Source: Nitrosopumilaceae archaeon (GTDB lineage: Archaea > Thermoproteota > Nitrososphaeria > Nitrososphaerales > Nitrosopumilaceae). Taken from it: 64,000 bases of DNA. A program made the translations under genes and the position numbers. Of this stretch, positions 42,419 through 53,767 are shown piece by piece; the stretch's first letter is position 1, and each line of letters opens with the position of its first letter. The DNA is taken from NCBI GenBank assembly GCA_965208905.1, contig OZ242365.1, positions 1,312,001-1,376,000 on the forward strand, given 5' to 3'. The notes below the pieces were generated by a model. That model saw only the letters and a program-made list of their open reading frames with translations. It did no database searches and had not been told where the DNA came from.

Positions 42419-43825
42419 ATGGCACGTACACTGTTTGAGAAGGTTTGGGATGCACACCAGATAATACCAAAGAGTACTGGTCCATCTTTGATATATATCG
42501 ACAGGCACCTCATACACGAAGTTACATCCCCTCAGGCATTTGATGGACTCAGACTTGCATCTAGACGGGTGCGCCGGCCTGACCTGACCGTGGCCACAGT
42601 AGATCATAACATACCTACAGGCAGACGCGGCCTACCGATACTGGATCAGACCTCATCAGTACAGATAAACACTCTGGAGTCAAACTGCAAAGAATTTGGA
42701 ATAAAACTGTACGGCATGGATAGTCCACAACAGGGTATAGTGCATGTTATTGGCCCTCAACTAGGCATCACACTGCCGGGTAGTACTATTGTATGTGGCG
42801 ACTCACACACATCAACCCATGGAGCCTTTGGTGCATTTGCTCTGGGGATTGGTACGAGTGAGGTGGAGCATGTCTTAGCTACACAGACACTCTGGGTGGT
42901 AAAACCCCGAACATACAAGATTGTAATGAGCGGCCAAACAAGACGTGGTGTTACATCCAAGGATTTGATACTATACATGATACGACATCTGGGTACTGGC
43001 GGTGGCGCCGGCTCTGTCTTTGAGTATATGGGTGATGCCATACGTGGCATGAATATGGAGCAGCGTATGACCATATGCAACATGTCAATAGAGGGAGGAG
43101 CGCGGGCCGGTATGATTGCGCCCGATGACACAACGTATGATTATCTGCGCAATCGCCTTCATACACCACCTAATTTTGAACATATGGTGGATAGATGGAA
43201 GGAGACACTATACACTGATAATGATGCCAAGTTTGATAGATCATTTACCATAAATACGGATAGCGTATCTCCCCAGATATCTTGGGGGACCAACCCCGGC
43301 ATGACATGTGATATAACCGATACCGTTCCAGACCCCATAAACTACTCTGGTGGCGACATAAATCTGGAGCGGGGGGCTCGTCGAGCCTTACAATACATGA
43401 ACCTTGAGCCTGGAACCCCGATGACCGACATCAAGGTGGATAGAGTCTTTATCGGATCATGTACTAATGCCCGTCTACACGATCTTGTGGAAGCATCGGA
43501 TATCATTCAAGGTGGCCATGTGGCAGAAGGCGTACGCGCCATGGTGGTACCCGGCTCCCAAATGGTCAAAGCGCAGGCAGAAGAGATGGGAATCCATGAC
43601 ATATTCATAAATGCCGGCTTTGAATGGCGTAACTCTGGCTGTAGCATGTGTCTAGGCATGAACCCTGACATTCTAGAGCCTGGCCAACGATGTGCTAGTA
43701 CCTCGAACCGTAACTTTGAGGGCAGACAAGGTAGTGGTGGACGTACACACTTGGTAAGCCCGGCCATGGCGGCAGCTGCTGCAATACACGGCAAATTCGT
43801 CGATATACGGGAGTTGATACAATGA
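42419..43825 (+). CDS. leuC: 3-isopropylmalate dehydratase large subunit
   Basis: [37 protein letters not shown]. Confidence 0.95.
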   Translation: MARTLFEKVWDAHQIIPKSTGPSLIYIDRHLIHEVTSPQAFDGLRLASRRVRRPDLTVATVDHNIPTGRRGLPILDQTSSVQINTLESNCKEFGIKLYGMDSPQQGIVHVIGPQLGITLPGSTIVCGDSHTSTHGAFGAFALGIGTSEVEHVLATQTLWVVKPRTYKIVMSGQTRRGVTSKDLILYMIRHLGTGGGAGSVFEYMGDAIRGMNMEQRMTICNMSIEGGARAGMIAPDDTTYDYLRNRLHTPPNFEHMVDRWKETLYTDNDAKFDRSFTINTDSVSPQISWGTNPGMTCDITDTVPDPINYSGGDINLERGARRALQYMNLEPGTPMTDIKVDRVFIGSCTNARLHDLVEASDIIQGGHVAEGVRAMVVPGSQMVKAQAEEMGIHDIFINAGFEWRNSGCSMCLGMNPDILEPGQRCASTSNRNFEGRQGSGGRTHLVSPAMAAAAAIHGKFVDIRELIQ

Positions 43826-44382
43826 AGCCCTTTGATAATGTCACATCACGCATAACGCCGCTTCCTGACCACAATGTAGATACCGACCAAATAATACCAA
43901 AACAGTTCCTAAAACTGGTCACCAGAACAGGTTTTGGCAAGTATCTGTTCTTTGATCGTAGAAGTTCTGACTTTGTCCTAGACGATCCAAGATACAAAGG
44001 TTCCAAAATTTTAGTAGCCGGGGATAACTTTGGTTGTGGCTCATCCCGGGAACATGCAGTATGGGCGCTTCAGGACTTTGGCTTTGATGTTGTAATATCT
44101 ACATCGTTTGCGGACATATTTTATAGCAACTGCATAAAAAACGGCGTTCTTCCCATATGCATACCTGATACACAGACACTGTTATCCGAAAAGAATAGCA
44201 TCACTGTAGATCTCCAAAGACAGACTATACAGCATACATCTGGTACAATCCATTTTGAAATTGATCCGCATCACAAGGTGACACTCTTGGAGGGCCTAGA
44301 TGACATATCACGTACACTTCAATATGACGATATGATCACTCTGTTTGAGAAGGACTCGCCGACTCCATCTGTTGTATTATAG
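43822..44382 (+). CDS. leuD: 3-isopropylmalate dehydratase small subunit
   Basis: [28 protein letters not shown]. Confidence 0.95.
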   Translation: MKPFDNVTSRITPLPDHNVDTDQIIPKQFLKLVTRTGFGKYLFFDRRSSDFVLDDPRYKGSKILVAGDNFGCGSSREHAVWALQDFGFDVVISTSFADIFYSNCIKNGVLPICIPDTQTLLSEKNSITVDLQRQTIQHTSGTIHFEIDPHHKVTLLEGLDDISRTLQYDDMITLFEKDSPTPSVVL

Positions 44383-45064
44383 TCTGTATTGTGTCATGGT
44401 GTCTATCCAGTATTATGGGAGACTCTATGTCCACCCATGGTGTACTACCTATGTCATAAGACACTATGGTGTCTGTTTTAGAGAGTTCCTCTAGTATGTC
44501 ATATGACAGATTGACATGGCCCTTCTTCTCTCTTATTGCCTGCATGACATTATCTCCGAGCATGTATATTCCCAGACACTCCTGGTGTGGCAATCGCAAT
44601 ACTGGCTTTTCTCGGAACTCTTGTATTATACTCTCTTCAGTTACAGTGGCAAAGCCGGTCTCTTCTTGTCGATAAGATCGTGTAGCTATACAGGCAGATG
44701 CAGACTTTGCCTTGTACAGCTCTGCCATGGATGGTATATTTAATGCGCACAGATTATCCGAGAACCACAGTATAAAGTCGCCTTCCACATCTACACATCG
44801 TAGGTCCCCCCCCGTACCATCACTGCCATCCTGAACAAATGTTATGGGTTTGTCACTGTGCTTGTAGTAGTTTTGAATCTGTGCACCCATGTTGGCTAAA
44901 TCTGTTATTATGATGATGTCTGATATGGCATCAAAGGATTCCAGATAGTCTGTTATGTATTGTATGATGGGTTTGCCGTTTATGGGCATCATGGTCTTTG
45001 GAAAGTATTCGGTAAAAGGACGGGCTCGTTTGCCCTGCCCACCTGCCATGATGACTGCCTTCAT
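44336..45064 (-). CDS. Sugar-phosphate nucleotidyltransferase
   Basis: MAGGQGKRARPFT...PKTM, EKP. Confidence 0.88.
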   Translation of the reverse strand: MKAVIMAGGQGKRARPFTEYFPKTMMPINGKPIIQYITDYLESFDAISDIIIITDLANMGAQIQNYYKHSDKPITFVQDGSDGTGGDLRCVDVEGDFILWFSDNLCALNIPSMAELYKAKSASACIATRSYRQEETGFATVTEESIIQEFREKPVLRLPHQECLGIYMLGDNVMQAIREKKGHVNLSYDILEELSKTDTIVSYDIGSTPWVDIESPIILDRHHDTIQTIIQQMESASPSQTE

Positions 45065-45507
45065 CGGTATGACTTTTGTTTTCGGCGCCGTGCACCAGGC
45101 CCACCAAACTTTTTGGGCTCTTTGCGTCGGGCATCTCCGCTTATCAGATACTTGTCATAGTCGGTCAATCTCTTTCGCAGATCGTCTCGTACAGGTTTTT
45201 GTAGAGGATGATCCTTTGGCTCCTTACGTGACTTTGTCCAACCCACTAAGGCTCGGGATATGGCAATGGATGCGGCTCCTGCCTGACCCATATATCCTCC
45301 CCCTCTGACTCTTACTGAGATGTCCACCTTGTCGCGAACGTCTCCCACCACCTCTAGTGGCGCCAACATGGTCTCACGCGCTACCTCTTGCGGTATAATC
45401 TCTATGGGTATGTTGTTTATTCGAACACTACCATGACCTTTCTGTATGTGTACAAAAGCCCTTGCGGTCTTTCGTGTGGCAAAGTAAATTTCAGTCTTGA
45501 TGGTCAT
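45061..45507 (-). CDS. rps9: 30S ribosomal protein S9
   Basis: RKTARA, GGGYMGQA, KKFGGPGARRRKQKSYR. Confidence 0.97.
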   Translation of the reverse strand: MTIKTEIYFATRKTARAFVHIQKGHGSVRINNIPIEIIPQEVARETMLAPLEVVGDVRDKVDISVRVRGGGYMGQAGAASIAISRALVGWTKSRKEPKDHPLQKPVRDDLRKRLTDYDKYLISGDARRKEPKKFGGPGARRRKQKSYR

Positions 45508-45968
45508 TCAGTCCACCCTATAGTCCTGCCTAAATCTGCCATTGTTGTATAGTTTGGTGCATCTCGGGTTATGTATGCCTTTTGTATTGTAATCTTTTTG
45601 AGCGACTTTACATCCTTGGGAGCTCCTATATAGGTACGCAACCGTTTGTGGGCTGCACGGCCAGAGGGCTTTTTGCGTGGAAGCATGCCGCGAATCATTC
45701 TCTTCATTATGGTGTCCGGTCGCCGGGGGTGGAATGGTCCGTGCTTGGGGTTTAGTATACTGGATATCTCTAGAAAGTCTCTATACTCTTTTATGATGTT
45801 TGAGCGGGTGCCACTAATCATTATCTTTTCACAGTTTATCAGAGTTACATGATTGCCATTTAGCAACATCTTTGCCGCGTGCGATGCCAGCCTGCCGGCT
45901 ATATGATTTGTAGAGTCTATGACTATGTGTTCGCTGGTGCCTTTCGGCTCTACTGCTTTGTCATCCAA
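45504..45968 (-). CDS. rpl13: 50S ribosomal protein L13
   Basis: GRLAS, GPFHPRRP, RGMLP. Confidence 0.96.
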   Translation of the reverse strand: MDDKAVEPKGTSEHIVIDSTNHIAGRLASHAAKMLLNGNHVTLINCEKIMISGTRSNIIKEYRDFLEISSILNPKHGPFHPRRPDTIMKRMIRGMLPRKKPSGRAAHKRLRTYIGAPKDVKSLKKITIQKAYITRDAPNYTTMADLGRTIGWTE

Positions 45969-46308
45969 GAAGAATCACTCCGGTACCTGTTGGTCTTTCG
46001 TTGGTCAGTGTCTTATAATCTAATATACGGCCACCAGCATTTGTGACCTTTGATACGGCAGTCTTAGATATGTCAAAGCAGAACAGCGATATGTTGTGTG
46101 TTATGTCTCCGGTACCCAACACCTTACCTGGAAATATCACAACATCGCCATCTTTAGTCAACTTTTCAATACCATTAACATTTATGACTCTCTTGGAGAT
46201 TGCAGTCTTTAGTGCAAACTCTGAAACCCTCTTCCAGATGGGCGCCTTGTGCGTTACAGACATTCGTCTCAAATCTCGAGCCATGCGCACAATATGCTCA
46301 TTTACCAT
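45961..46308 (-). CDS. rpl18e: 50S ribosomal protein L18e
   Basis: APIWKRV, PGKVLGTG. Confidence 0.94.
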   Translation of the reverse strand: MVNEHIVRMARDLRRMSVTHKAPIWKRVSEFALKTAISKRVINVNGIEKLTKDGDVVIFPGKVLGTGDITHNISLFCFDISKTAVSKVTNAGGRILDYKTLTNERPTGTGVILLG

Positions 46309-46335
46309 GTCGTCATTGTCCCTAAAGTGCCCATA

Positions 46336-46956
46336 TTAATCTATGACTTGTTTGAACTCTTCTAGCCTGCCCGATAACTCTTGCATACCAGCCATTATGA
46401 TATCTGCAGGATCTCGAGATCCCGTAGTCTCTACCTTTAATTCAAACCCATCCTCTTCTGTGCCGGTCAATACGGAGATGTTTGCCGAGTTCCACTTTGC
46501 ATGTTCGGACCCACGTCCTAATTTAGCATGACATTCCATGACTACTTTTTGCATGGGGGCCAATGTGGCTATTGGAATGTCATCGTTTACCGGCCTCACC
46601 TCCGGGTCCTCAGAGGAGAGTCGTGCTGTTGTTACATCTGTAGTTTGATCAGTCTTACCCGAGTCTAGTACCAGCATGACAGTACTGTTGGAACCCTCAT
46701 CCTCCCCTTGATAGTCGCGCTGATCAGACATGTACTTCCCTGATGGTGTTGTGAGTGGCACCAATGCCAAGCGATGCGCCAGATACTCGTCGGCAAATAC
46801 GGTGGTGTTCTCTATTACATCTACTGTCTCTATGGCAAATGTGGGTACACCGTTTAGACATATTCGTCGGAGGGCATTGGCGTATTGTATGGGAAACCCA
46901 TTCATCTTTATGGTTATACTGGTATCACTTCTGTCTATTACCTCAACTGAATACAA
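46336..46956 (-). CDS. rpoD: DNA-directed RNA polymerase subunit D (Rpo3)
   Basis: ANALRR, EYLAHRLALVPL, GSEHAKW. Confidence 0.95.
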   Translation of the reverse strand: MYSVEVIDRSDTSITIKMNGFPIQYANALRRICLNGVPTFAIETVDVIENTTVFADEYLAHRLALVPLTTPSGKYMSDQRDYQGEDEGSNSTVMLVLDSGKTDQTTDVTTARLSSEDPEVRPVNDDIPIATLAPMQKVVMECHAKLGRGSEHAKWNSANISVLTGTEEDGFELKVETTGSRDPADIIMAGMQELSGRLEEFKQVID

Positions 46957-47217
46957 TCTAGTCTGTCAACTAATTTTACAAATATGAATGTAACTTTTTA
47001 CAGACACGTATGTATTTGCCCCTACCTCGCAACTGTATGCGGCCCACACAAGCTGGCAATAAACGGAATTGTAACATCTATGTAACCGGAGCTGGGGCGT
47101 AACACGCGTAACCCAGCTGGCCTGTGTAGATGTGACAATTCTATGAGCGGGAAGAGGTTATCAAGATTATCGAAGGTTATTCGTCCACTTGGTGTGTATC
47201 CAACCCAATTCTATCTT

Positions 47218-47697
47218 CTAGGGCCAGTAACACCTGTGAATCAAACTGATAGAGCCTTCGCCATCGGGCCACTCATCGTATTCAATGCTATAATGACATC
47301 TGTTGAACTTCTTACTGAACTCGAAGTCGGTCGGGTCAACCCGGTGTAAAGTCTCACCATCCCCAACCATTCTAGGTATCTCCACACCACACTCCGCGAC
47401 AAGAGTAGTGTTTGTAAACGTCAAACGATTACCCTCTTTGGTGACAGTTATGAGGCAATCATTTTGGCTGGTAGCATAGAGCGCTACACTTCCTAGGCTT
47501 TCTGTAATCGCTACACTCCACTCCTCAGGAATGCCTTCCAAGTCATGTGGCTGGTTATTGGTTGGCGGCACCCACCACCAACTCGGCACCACCATGTCAA
47601 AGATAAATCCTCCTACGATCACCAGCAGTCCGATGGTGGCATACTTATAGGTGTTGCGGGTCATGGTAGCTCCAACGTAGTGCACCGTTATAAGCAT
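47218..47697 (-). CDS. Hypothetical membrane-anchored protein
   Basis: TM segment near N-terminus; start probably internal (MTRNTY). Confidence 0.55.
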   Translation of the reverse strand: MLITVHYVGATMTRNTYKYATIGLLVIVGGFIFDMVVPSWWWVPPTNNQPHDLEGIPEEWSVAITESLGSVALYATSQNDCLITVTKEGNRLTFTNTTLVAECGVEIPRMVGDGETLHRVDPTDFEFSKKFNRCHYSIEYDEWPDGEGSISLIHRCYWP

Positions 47698-47818
47698 TAA
47701 GATGATTCTGCCAGTCTGACTATGCGTGTTACACCACGATCAGATTACGTGGATGTTACAACTCCACAGAATAGATAGATATCTAAGGTCGGTGTTTGCA
47801 TGTAACTGGTGAAGTGTA

Positions 47819-48064
47819 ATGTATGAAGACCGAATATTACGTCTATTAGAACAAAACCCAACAGCCTTATACACAGAGGAAGATATCCAATTAACACTCA
47901 TTGGTAAAAATTCGGACTTATTTCAACGACATAATCCGCTCATGATTAGTCCAGAACGCCATAACCTCACTAAGGCTTTGGCAAATTTGGTACAGCGGGG
48001 CAAAGTATACAAAAACAAAACCGAAAATAAAGTACTATGTGGTGTCCAACAATGGTTCTATTAG
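47819..48064 (+). CDS. Hypothetical protein, possibly winged-helix-like
   Basis: 81-aa ORF; ALANLVQRGKV pattern. Confidence 0.45.
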   Translation: MYEDRILRLLEQNPTALYTEEDIQLTLIGKNSDLFQRHNPLMISPERHNLTKALANLVQRGKVYKNKTENKVLCGVQQWFY

Positions 48065-48359
48065 CTTAACATAAGGCATTGTTGGGAAGTATGTTTTAGG
48101 TTACTCGTGTTATACTATACACCAGGTTACGTAGATGTTACAGAATCCAATAAACACAACATTTAACAAAAGATATGCTTTATGCGCGGGGCGCCTGCTA
48201 GGAGCCTGCACAAGGCCATGCCGCGCAGTACCTGACAGGATAGTCCGCTGTCACCCGGAAGTGGGAATGCCCACTATCTACCAGAACAAGAATCTTTCCG
48301 TACTTGCGGTACAGCCCAACCAAGCGCAGAACGAATGTTACAGAGTCGATTCTATTTAT

Positions 48360-49013
48360 ATGCGAACAATGAGAATACGGCGGATGAGCCGCCCCGTTGA
48401 CGTACTGTACAAGATAGTGTCCAGAAGAGGCTTGAGCAGGATGCTCACGTTCGACACACCCCATCTGTTCAAGGCTATCCACACGATGTTCCACCAGACG
48501 TATACCAGCCGCCAAACACTATGCGACAGTCTACGTATAGGGGAGGGGGCAGCAAAGACTCTGGTGTTGCGCCTAAAGCAGTCCGGCCTGGCAGACACCA
48601 TACGGGCAGGCATGTTTTTGACCGGCGATGGTAGGCGTTTTGCTGAGGAGATGTTCCGGACAATACCGTCTCAGTGCCCCGTGGGGCCATGTAGCGTAGC
48701 AAACCAGAGACACAATCACGCGATTCTCGTGAGAGGTTACGCATCGGGAATAGGCAGCGGCATAGACCAGCGCGACTATGCAATAATGTACGGAGCCAAA
48801 GGCGCGACCACCCTGGCCTTCAAAGGCGGCAGGTTCGTATTTCCCAATGAGGTGGTGGACTGCCTGGGCGAGGATCATGAGGCAAGGACCGCCCTGCTTG
48901 ATGGTCTGAGGCCCATGGATGGCGATCTGGTCATCACTGCGTCCGCTGACGATCCCCTCGTAGCTGAAATCTCTGCGATCAACTCCGCACTACGGACGCT
49001 ATACTCAGATTAG
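48360..49013 (+). CDS. Winged-HTH + DUF4443-like putative regulator (start uncertain)
   Basis: SRQTLCDSLRIGEGAAKTL HTH; SGIDQRDYAIMYGAKGATTL. Confidence 0.72.
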   Translation: MRTMRIRRMSRPVDVLYKIVSRRGLSRMLTFDTPHLFKAIHTMFHQTYTSRQTLCDSLRIGEGAAKTLVLRLKQSGLADTIRAGMFLTGDGRRFAEEMFRTIPSQCPVGPCSVANQRHNHAILVRGYASGIGSGIDQRDYAIMYGAKGATTLAFKGGRFVFPNEVVDCLGEDHEARTALLDGLRPMDGDLVITASADDPLVAEISAINSALRTLYSD

Positions 49014-49090
49014 GCATCACCGATGATGCAGATGCCGTGTGTGGCGGCGCCTTTTCGCGCCCCTGTTGCCGTAAATGTGATGTACGCATG

Positions 49091-49822
49091 TCAGTGTTGC
49101 TCCAACTTTGTTTCGGAGTCTGGCCTAAACCTCTGCCACAGGGTACCCAGGATTATGGCTAACGCGGTCCAGAATATGGTGACGCCGACGGCCGACATAA
49201 TCCTGAATCCGTCCAGCAACTCTGCCTGAATTGTTACCTCGTCCAGGTTGGGCGGCATCAGCGCAAACGCAACAGCCACCAGCGCAGCATATCCGGCAAA
49301 GGCCACAAACCTTCTGTTCTTCGCCACCCGCCGGTACACCTGGTAAAAGCCCACGACACCAAATCCTGTGATGGCAATAAACGAGAGGTAGAGTACCGCG
49401 CGCAGTACGACTGTCTCGCCATCCCCCACCGTGGGTGGGTTCGCCGGGTACTTGAGGAACGGGACCAAGTATACAGAGAACCACATGATTGCAGCCAGTA
49501 CTGAGGCCCTCTTCAGATCACCCCCCTTTGGTAGGGCATCCCTGGACAGCGCATACACTATACCAAAGAGCGCCCCCATAGACGTTCCCAATATGGCGCT
49601 GGCCAAAACCTGCCCCTCTTTCTGCCAGATCCTGTACGACTCGTACTCCGTCCAGAACTCCGGGGTGTCTTCCGCCTGACCAGACGCAAACAAGGCCTGG
49701 TTCTCTATCATGATGGCACCATCCAAGTACGGCTCCACCAAGGCCAAGTTGGCTAGGCCATGAATGGTTCCCGCCGTTGCGCCTGCAACCAGCACTACTG
49801 CAATAAAAAGAATAGTCTTCAA
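49091..49822 (-). CDS. cbtA: Cobalt transporter subunit CbtA
   Basis: PFLKYPANPPTVG motif; multiple TM segments. Confidence 0.88.
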   Translation of the reverse strand: MKTILFIAVVLVAGATAGTIHGLANLALVEPYLDGAIMIENQALFASGQAEDTPEFWTEYESYRIWQKEGQVLASAILGTSMGALFGIVYALSRDALPKGGDLKRASVLAAIMWFSVYLVPFLKYPANPPTVGDGETVVLRAVLYLSFIAITGFGVVGFYQVYRRVAKNRRFVAFAGYAALVAVAFALMPPNLDEVTIQAELLDGFRIMSAVGVTIFWTALAIILGTLWQRFRPDSETKLEQH

Positions 49823-49838
49823 GGCTACCTCTCAGAAT

Positions 49839-50057
49839 CTAGTGGCACGGAAATCCCGCTGCATGCCTCATGTCATGGGTCAACTCGTGAAGGTACATAT
49901 CCTCAAACGCCTGTTCACCGAATGCTATACTAAAGATATGTCCCTGATCAAAGCCAACTATAAACAGGCCAACCGCAAATACCAGCCCCAGAACCACGAT
50001 CGCAGCCACCGGTACCTTCCCAGGAGATATGGTAACTTGCATTAATGAATTTGTCAT
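49839..50057 (-). CDS. cbtB: Cobalt transporter subunit CbtB
   Basis: HELTHDMRHAAGFPCH C-terminus. Confidence 0.92.
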   Translation of the reverse strand: MTNSLMQVTISPGKVPVAAIVVLGLVFAVGLFIVGFDQGHIFSIAFGEQAFEDMYLHELTHDMRHAAGFPCH

Positions 50058-50149
50058 ACCATTAGGCCTAACTCTTTGCTATATAAACCCTTGGATGATT
50101 TGTCCAATTTATAAATAAACCGTGTGGAAGACAATATTTCATAGTTTTC

Positions 50150-50382
50150 ATGTCTTTCGGCTGCGGATCTGCATCGTAGACTCCTAGCCTGCCCGGAAAG
50201 CGCGGAACGTAGACGGATCCCGTCTCCCTAAACTCGGCCCGCAACCTCCGAATGTACCTTGGCGTTACTTCTGGCTCGGGTATCACGACCGACACCCTCT
50301 TGCCCTTCGCAAGTTGGTTCATGGCGTACCGGATGGCCTTAGATGCCAGGCGCTTTGTCATCTTTCTTCTTGATCGATACAA
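50150..50382 (-). pseudogene. IS481-like transposase N-terminal (HTH) remnant
   Basis: KAIRYAMNQLAKG...VTPRYIRRLRAEFRETG...PGR, then truncated. Confidence 0.55.
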
Positions 50383-50650
50383 TGTATAATACTCCTTTAC
50401 GGTTTACTTGATATTAGTGGGACCTAATTGTCGTACAGTAGACCCGCTCCTTACCATGCATAAAATATATATACGATCCGGCGGTTGAATTCTCGTTGAA
50501 TAAAATGCTATGCGGGCTAACTGTGATAACAGTGGCCTTATTGGCACGTGTAATACCAAATTTTGCCGCTGCAGAAGAACAGATACAAGCATCCTTCTTC
50601 CCATACTATGAATTTACCGAGAATTTTGATGTGCCAGAGGTGGCTCTAAA

Positions 50651-51436
50651 TTGCAACTAGACACAATACTGAGTGTAAACGATCTTTGGGTTAATTATGG
50701 GACGAAGATTGCTGTAGAGAGTGTAAGTTATGATGTACAAGAGGGTGATCTGGTAGGTGTGGTAGGTGCTAACGGATCTGGCAAGAGCTCTATGTTCAAA
50801 GCAATACTTGGATTATTACCTCATAGAGGTACTGTGAGCCTCTTTGGACGTGCATTTCATAGAGATCTGTTACGTTCAGTGGGATATGTTCCCCAAAAAA
50901 TCTCATTTGAACCTATGTTTCCGGCTACAGTATTTGATGTGGTCGCCATGGCATTGACGCGCGCTACCTTGACTCCAACCGATCGCCGGCACGGGATTGT
51001 AGATTCTGACATGTCCAACTCTGAGAAGGTAATGAAGTGCTTAAATACTGTTCGTATGTGGGGTCTACGTCACCGTAGAATAGGTGCACTCTCTGGAGGC
51101 GAGCTTCAAAGGGTCTTTATAGCGCAATCATTGGTGCGTAACCCATCATTACTAATAATGGACGAACCTGCAGTTGGCCTTGATGTAAAATCACAAAAAC
51201 TGTTCTATTCCATAATGCAGGAGGCTAATAGTGAATATGGGATAACAATGATAGTGTCATTACACAACATGGACGTGGTTAAGGAGTACAGCAATAAGGT
51301 AGTTTGTATGAATCGTACATTAGCTTTTCATGGAAAAACATCTGACTTCTTTGCAGATGAAAAGTTATTGGGGCTGTGCACAGAATACAAACTACAAGAT
51401 CGTCCTCATCCTCACGAACATTCACACGAGGCGTGA
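50651..51436 (+). CDS. znuC: Zn/Mn ABC transporter ATP-binding subunit
   Basis: GANGSGKS, YVPQ, LSGGELQR, MDEP; His-rich tail. Confidence 0.88.
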   Translation: MQLDTILSVNDLWVNYGTKIAVESVSYDVQEGDLVGVVGANGSGKSSMFKAILGLLPHRGTVSLFGRAFHRDLLRSVGYVPQKISFEPMFPATVFDVVAMALTRATLTPTDRRHGIVDSDMSNSEKVMKCLNTVRMWGLRHRRIGALSGGELQRVFIAQSLVRNPSLLIMDEPAVGLDVKSQKLFYSIMQEANSEYGITMIVSLHNMDVVKEYSNKVVCMNRTLAFHGKTSDFFADEKLLGLCTEYKLQDRPHPHEHSHEA

Positions 51437-51495
51437 TGTTGTATGTTACACTGAATATATGAGAGTTTTTGGTGCTATGAGTATGGAGATGCATA

Positions 51496-52308
51496 ATGTT
51501 AGAAATTCTTGAGTATGGTTTTATACAGAGGGCACTGATTTCTGGGATAGCCATTTCCGCTATATGTTCCATGGTGGGGTGCTTTTTGGTTATGCGTCGA
51601 TATGCTCTCTTTGGGGATGGTATAGCCCATGTGGCATTTGGAGGTGTAGCTGTTGGACTGTTTATGGGAATAATCCCTTTCTGGTCGGCATTTGTTGTAT
51701 CTATTCTGGGTAGTCTAGGGCTACAAAAGATGCAGAACTCTAAGGTTTCTGGAGAGGTGGCGGTTGCGGTCACTTTGGTCTCTGGCCTGTCGGTGGGTGT
51801 CATACTAACTAGTATAGCTGGTGGCTTTACTTTAGACCTCTTTAGCTTTTTGTTTGGTAGTATTATACTGGTGAGTACCAATGACATGATTACAATACTA
51901 TCCATTAGTGGTGTGGTGGCTTTGGTAATAATTCTACTGTACAGAAGACTGTTATTCATTACATTTAATGCGGAATTGGCACGTGTATCTGGCATTCGGG
52001 TAACGCTTTTGAACTATCTGTTTGCAGTATTGGCGGCGATTACTGTTGTGGTTGCAATGAGACTTACTGGCATATTACTAATAACTGCCCTAATCGTTCT
52101 ACCCACGTTATCTGCCTCTAAATTTAATCGTGGATTCAAGGGTACAATGATAATATCTGCGGCGATATCATCCTCATCGGTGATTAGTGGAATATTCATC
52201 TCTTATCTGTTGGACTGGGCCCCCTCAGGTACTATAGTGGCGCTTTTAGTACTGTCTATGGTAGGAGTATACACTTCATATATGATAATGGGGCGCCTCT
52301 TCCGCTAA
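51496..52308 (+). CDS. znuB: Zn/Mn ABC transporter permease
   Basis: GDGIAHVAFGG, LFGSII, GILLITAL. Confidence 0.9.
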   Translation: MLEILEYGFIQRALISGIAISAICSMVGCFLVMRRYALFGDGIAHVAFGGVAVGLFMGIIPFWSAFVVSILGSLGLQKMQNSKVSGEVAVAVTLVSGLSVGVILTSIAGGFTLDLFSFLFGSIILVSTNDMITILSISGVVALVIILLYRRLLFITFNAELARVSGIRVTLLNYLFAVLAAITVVVAMRLTGILLITALIVLPTLSASKFNRGFKGTMIISAAISSSSVISGIFISYLLDWAPSGTIVALLVLSMVGVYTSYMIMGRLFR

Positions 52309-52316
52309 CATCCGTA

Positions 52317-53081
52317 TCAATAATGATTCTTTATGTGTTTACCGCAGTAGTGGGATCCAGCTATGGGTTTCTCTTTGCACACTATGAGTCGCCTGTGTTG
52401 GCAGTCTTCGGATTTAGGTAAAGACTTTGTAGCTATATCTTTAACGTAACGCGCCTCTACATGATCTGGTTCTATCCTTAATGCTGCATCACAACACTCT
52501 ATGGCCTCGGCGTATCGGCCCAGACGATCCATGGAAATGCCTTTGAGGTAGTATGCTTCCGCATTATTCAAGTCCATACCTAGTGCCTCATCAAAACATT
52601 TTATGGCCTCATCATATCTCTCTAAATTATTCATCGAGTCACCTTTGAATATGCGCGCTTGTACATTATTCGAGTCTATCTCTAGTGCCTTGTCATAACA
52701 CTCTATGGCCTCCTCATAGCGTCCCAAATTATAGATGGCATCGCCCTTGAAGACATGCATGTTCGTGTCATCTGGGTCTATCTGTAATGCTGCATCATAA
52801 CACAACATGGCATCTTTGTACTGTTCTACGCGATACATGATATCGCCCTTTAACCTGTAAGCTTGTGCATTATTCGAGTCCATCTCTAGTGCTTTGTCAC
52901 AATACTCTATGGCCTTTGAATATTGCTTTAGATGATACAGAGCATCACCCTTGAACATGTAGGCCTCGCTATCGTTTGGGTCTGCCTTTATGGCTTCACT
53001 ATAACATTTTATTGCTTCATTGTAGTCTCCCACACTATGAAATTGATTCCCTTTAATTGTGAATTTATATTCCATGCTCAC
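52317..53081 (-). CDS. Tetratricopeptide repeat protein
   Basis: About six 34-aa repeats (KG.AL..L..Y.EAI.CYD.AL..DP). Confidence 0.92.
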   Translation of the reverse strand: MSMEYKFTIKGNQFHSVGDYNEAIKCYSEAIKADPNDSEAYMFKGDALYHLKQYSKAIEYCDKALEMDSNNAQAYRLKGDIMYRVEQYKDAMLCYDAALQIDPDDTNMHVFKGDAIYNLGRYEEAIECYDKALEIDSNNVQARIFKGDSMNNLERYDEAIKCFDEALGMDLNNAEAYYLKGISMDRLGRYAEAIECCDAALRIEPDHVEARYVKDIATKSLPKSEDCQHRRLIVCKEKPIAGSHYCGKHIKNHY

Positions 53082-53356
53082 CTATTACCTCCTCGTCTAT
53101 TAAATATTTGAGATTCATGAACTTTAAACTACTAATATCTGATTCATAAAACACCCATAAGTTACCTACAAACATTTTGCACTCATATTATAATATAGAA
53201 TACTAATTAAATATGTACTGAATAGGGAATTTATTGTGTAACTTTTTAATTATAGCAATTTTATCTCCAAACATATCGTATGGAAGTATTTTGGTAACAC
53301 AAAACAGATGTAAGATTTAGCGCATCAGCCACAACCAATATTTTGCAAATATGGAC

Positions 53357-53730
53357 AGGGCTATCGGGATGATCCGGACGATGCCAATCCTCAAGACCTC
53401 CCGGGCCAGACTGACATACTTTATCGAGAGGCACGCCGCCACTGGTACCAAGATCTACACCGACGACAACGCGGCCTGCCGCAACCTGCTCAACCACGGG
53501 CCGTCGACTACTCGACAGGCGAGTACGTCCGGGGATGGGTCCATATCAACGGGATGGAGTCGTTCTGGGCCTTGCTACGGCGCGGCTATGACGGGGCGTT
53601 TCACCACTTGTCCAAGAAGCGCCTGCACCGGTACGCCAACAAGTTCACGGGGAGACTGCACGCCAGGGTCCTAGATATGATGGTCAGGAGTGTGGTCGGG
53701 AAGAGGCTGACGTATAGTCAACTGGTACAA
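53357..53730 (+). pseudogene. IS1595-family transposase remnant
   Basis: IYTDD, NGMESFWALLRRG...HHLSKKRLHRY, KRLTY split across frames. Confidence 0.82.
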
Positions 53731-53767
53731 GTCTACCTTTATAACCAATTGTGTGTTACACTTAAAA

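Noticed and set aside
40667-44382. Duplicated leuCD as a novelty
   Set aside because: Archaeal homoaconitase-type plus LeuCD-type pairs are expected paralogs.
50058-50150. Cobalamin riboswitch upstream of cbtB
   Set aside because: Short AT-rich leader with TATA box; no B12-box recognised.
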